Source: Veleropilina oligotropha
Taxonomy: Eukaryota
Assembly: GCA_048128005.1 (NCBI GenBank)
Contig: JBEUKZ010000050.1
Span: 1 to 64,000, forward strand
Reading direction: 5' to 3'
Length of the DNA: 64,000 nt
Shown here: positions 60,046 to 64,000 of the stretch, piece after piece
Layout of the letters: each line of letters begins with the position of its first letter
Position numbering within the stretch: position 1 is the first letter of the stretch
The notes under the pieces: generated by a model
Seen by the model: the letters and a program-made list of their open reading frames with translations, nothing else
The model's database searches: none
What the model was told of the DNA's origin: nothing
Position numbers and translations under genes: made by a program

Positions 60046-61309
60046 CGCAGACCAGCTTTTCTCTTGTGATAATTTGGTCATGATCCAGTCAGTGTTGGCC
60101 ACCCCAGTAGTCGTGTGATATGGTGTGCAGAGTCTAAAATAAATGGCTCGATTGCGCTAACAGGAGTGGGATTGACTGGACTGGGGCATTAACATTTATT
60201 TGCAGTTGTCCACAACTGACCGAAGAGGGCGGGTTACCCCGTGCGACCGGGATTTCTTCCCGAGATAACATGGACATGTCCTGCCTTGACCCTAATGGTG
60301 GTAGATATACAGAACAATAAGCATCAATCCATTCTGCAATAGTCCATGGCGATGACAGTTAGTGTGGACTCGGTAGTCTGTATCGCCACCTAATCTGTGT
60401 CGCTTACTATCTTCTGAGGTACAGTAGCTCTGTTCCATGCTTGAGGAAGTCAAGGAACAGAAGAAACTAACCGTCATGCTGAATGTATACGAGACTTGTT
60501 CGATGCACTCAAACCAGGCGTGGATATCGATGATCTTGGGAATGTTATGATCGTCTGATGTAATATCGGAATGGAGTTGATGGTTGATATGTTTTTGCCA
60601 CAGTTGTTCATCTCATTGCATTTCCGAAAAAGGCTTTGTTCCATGCTGTCAGTCAAGAGAAATTTTACATCGACGCACTTGGATTGTTAGATTTGAGACA
60701 TTTTGCCTAAATCGTCCAGAGTGATCATCGTCAGATACGATATTGGCCTGTGGTGTACCCTACTATAGCCGTGTCGCCAACATATGGTGGCGATTTGTAA
60801 TGTTTGTCTGCATCTCGGAAAGGAACGCTGTAAAAACTGTTCATCACATCGAATGCAGTTTTTGTGATACTGACAAATCATGATATATTAGTAACTGTAT
60901 GAATTCGATGAATTTTCGAACATCATGTGTGTTCATTGATTGTATGTCAATCATGGATGATGTACCTTGGTTTACAATCTCGCATTGAAATTTGACACTG
61001 ATGAGTACCGACACTGATGTGCGATTGTGCTGTCTAATATGTCTAAGCATGAAAAACGTGGGATGGTCGCCAAGGATGATGACACCTTTGTTTTTGGAAG
61101 CATGAATTTGCAACGTGGATGGAATGACGTCGCACTTTCGAAGGCCCAGTCAGTAGATGATCGCCAGTGTCGACCGTATATGGGATAGCATCTATCTTGG
61201 ATACAGAAAGTATGTGCATTTGTAACCAAGGTGTTCGTAGCGGTCGACTCTCATTGCAATGTTCGTTTTATAATTTACTCATTTTTAACTTCATTTGCAA
61301 ATGATGTGG

Positions 61310-62390
61310 TTAATTCTTAAACTTGATAGAGAGATACGATATGCCCCCACTAGACCTGAATCTGCCACTATGTGAAGTTATCGATATCAATAAAGATAAA
61401 GTGCCTCGATCCATCCAAGACCAGCAGTTCAGATAGCATATCTCCTCGGATCCTCCTCCTGTGTCAGACCTCTCTGGATACCAGTGGGGTACCATCCGAG
61501 TGGAAAACGGATACCGGAGGGGTACCATCCGAGCAGAAAACGGATACCGGAGGGGTACCATCCGAGCGGAAAACAGTCAAAGAGAGCCATGCAGTGTTCA
61601 TGACATGTGAGCGATATAAGGCAGGGAACTACCGACCCATATCCCTTACTACATCCTCGTCAGCAGGATAATGAGATAATCTAGTCAAACAAACGTCGTC
61701 TGTCCCCGAGAACAAGGCTTTCAACTCAACTCGCTTGCCTAGTGGATGAAATAACCCAGACGTTAGATCTTGGGAACCAAGAGGACCCGATTGTCCTAGG
61801 CTTTTCACAGGCATTCGACAGTGAGCCACAGTCTCATCATCCACAAGCTATGTCATTGCGACAAACCCAATGCTGGATTAAAAAATTTCTAACGGACAGA
61901 CAACATGTAGTGGTCGTCAACAGTGAAGATACGATTTCATATCGGGCGTCCCATATGGTTCAGTGCTGGGACCGTTACTGCTGTTCATAAACGACTTGTC
62001 GATGGAACTGACCTCCACATCTAGGCTGTTTTCGGATGACACCGCATGTCTTTAAATGGTCCTCGTGCCCAGTGACCAGGACAACCTCAAATGTGATCTA
62101 GACAGGAGCCATGGTGGAAAATGTCATTAAACCCATCTAAGTGCTCCGTCATCCACATGTTCCGCCGTCGTTCCACCTTCTATCGTAACTATCACCTACA
62201 CGGTCACAGACTCCGACCATGTACGGCACCATATGAAGATATGAAGTGGGGGCCTCACATTCAGAGTATCACTGGCTAGGCAAACAGGACCCTTTCGTTC
62301 TTAGCAACATGAAAATCTCAAAGAAGTCTGTCAAACAAGCCGCATACAAAACTCTCGTAGGCTCCACCCTCGAATATGCAATCCTGCGTG
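61310..62390 (+). mobile_element. Heavily decayed non-LTR retrotransposon RT fragment
   Basis: AGNYRPISLT, LGFSQAFD, then GSVLGPLLLFINDL, RLFSDDT and NPSKC in shifting frames with stops. Confidence 0.8.
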
Positions 62391-62399
62391 GACACATAC

Positions 62400-63565
62400 A
62401 CGGGTGCGTCGATTTACCCCAATCGACCCCAGTCGAACCCCAATCGACCCCAATCGAACCCCAATCGACCTCAAGTATGCAGCAACGTACCTATATCAAC
62501 TATAATATACATCGATAATGTAAATAATATGAATTATATTAATATTTTAGGCTTAATTGCAATTGCGTACTTCGTTTTTGAGTCCGTCGAAGTCGGGAGC
62601 GCAAATGTTGAATTCAACTAAACGACTCTAATTAATAAAAATAAATGCTACTTTCAACATATTACAAAAGGTTTAAAGAAAGTTTAATTAATTCTGCGCC
62701 GTATATTTGGGAAACTATATTTTAATGCGTTATTAAGTATTGTCTATCCCGCTGTTCGCGCAAATCGAAAACATTTCCCGAAACTGTATGCAACTATAAG
62801 GCGCCGTAAACGAACCCCAATCGACAACAAAACTTGTTGAAATATAGGGCCGGAAATATACCCAATCAAATATAAAATGCATCAAGTGCATCCGAGCGCA
62901 TCTGTAATGTGCATATTATAAGTTATATATCATTATTTTAAGCTCGATTGCAATTGCGTACTTTGTTTTTTAGTTCGTTGGACGCCCGGAACGCAAATGT
63001 CGAATTCACTTTAAACTATTAATGACAATCGGTCACAATCGACCTTATGCAATCTGCAACGAACACCAATCAACTATAATATGCATCAATAATGTGCATA
63101 ATATTAATTATATTATTATTTTAAGCCCAATTGCAATTGCGCACATCGTTTTTTAGTTCGACGAATGTCGAGAACGCAAAATTTGCATTCGAGAAACGGC
63201 TCTAATTAAACTTAACGAACTAAATCCAACTAGTAACATGCACATATTATAGACAACACAAATATATAATGAATTAGGTTATCTTTATTTGGTAATAATT
63301 ATTTTTATTGCTGTATAATATATTGTCCTTGTCGATTCCGTTATGTGCGCACATCGAAAACGTTTTACGACGCCGTTCAACAATACGGCAGCCGCACAGT
63401 AAACGAACACCCATCTACCTCAAAATTGGTCAAATGAACCTCAGCCATATATAATATATACATTATTAATTTATGAATTAAATCAGTAATTTGAGCCTGA
63501 TTGCAATTGCGTACATCGTTTTTAATTCTTCGAAAGTCGGGAACGCAAATGTTGAATTCGCGAAA
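62400..63565. repeat. Degenerate internally repeated AT-rich block, probably a non-autonomous element
   Basis: ATTGCAATTGCG(T/C)AC..GTTTTT...GCAAAT recurs at about 62555, 62947, 63130 and 63500. Confidence 0.55.
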
Positions 63566-63723
63566 CGGCTCCCGAATTTCGGGTTGTCTCGAATGCAGTC
63601 CACTATTAGACTGCAGTTTAACAAAAGAACTTATGTATACGTTAAACAGATAAAACTTATTTCGTCATGCGTATAATATTTATCAATAATGATGTCGTTT
63701 CGTGCCTGGTGAACACGTCATTG

Positions 63724-63863
63724 ATCATACTTTGTGCTCGTCGGCGTACGCCATATAAGGCTCGGTTTCGAGATCAAAGGTTCACTTTCTGCTTCCTCAT
63801 ACTTTGTGCTCGTCGGCATACGCCATATAAGGCTCGGTTTCGAGATCAGAGGTTCACTTTCTG
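63724..63863. repeat. 72-bp tandem duplication
   Basis: TCATACTTTGTGCTCGTCGGC...GGTTCACTTTCTGC x2. Confidence 0.9.
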
Positions 63864-64000
63864 CAGCTGTGGACAGTATATTTTGGCACATCTCCAACGG
63901 TCGAACTCCAGTCAAAACAATCGCATAACAACTTGCTTGAACTAAACTTTGTTGATAGTTAAGTAGATATATTGATACTTCTCAGAGAAATAAAGTAATG

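Overview
This is AT-rich animal genomic DNA; the repeat types suggest a marine invertebrate, possibly a lophotrochozoan (inference). Two spliced genes sit head-to-head with start codons about 390 bp apart. (1) On the - strand is the 5' part of an outer-arm axonemal dynein beta-type heavy chain (DNAH9/11/17 family): 27 exons read by hand, 5,906 nt, about 1,968 codons in one continuous frame, running off the left edge inside AAA1. (2) On the + strand is a complete PGS1 (mitochondrial phosphatidylglycerophosphate synthase): 9 exons, 534 aa. The introns are packed with minisatellites, tRNA-derived SINEs, MITE-like and Helentron-like elements, a probable solo LTR and decayed LINE fragments. The most unusual pattern is that six dynein exon-intron junctions (4 donors, 2 acceptors) are themselves tandemly amplified into the adjacent intron, giving arrays of up to about 30 copied splice sites. 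Some arrays keep the site intact and others have it mutated in most copies. The dynein-PGS1 adjacency also recalls the human PGS1-DNAH17 pair, but in the opposite relative orientation. No prokaryotic systems or CRISPR arrays are supported.
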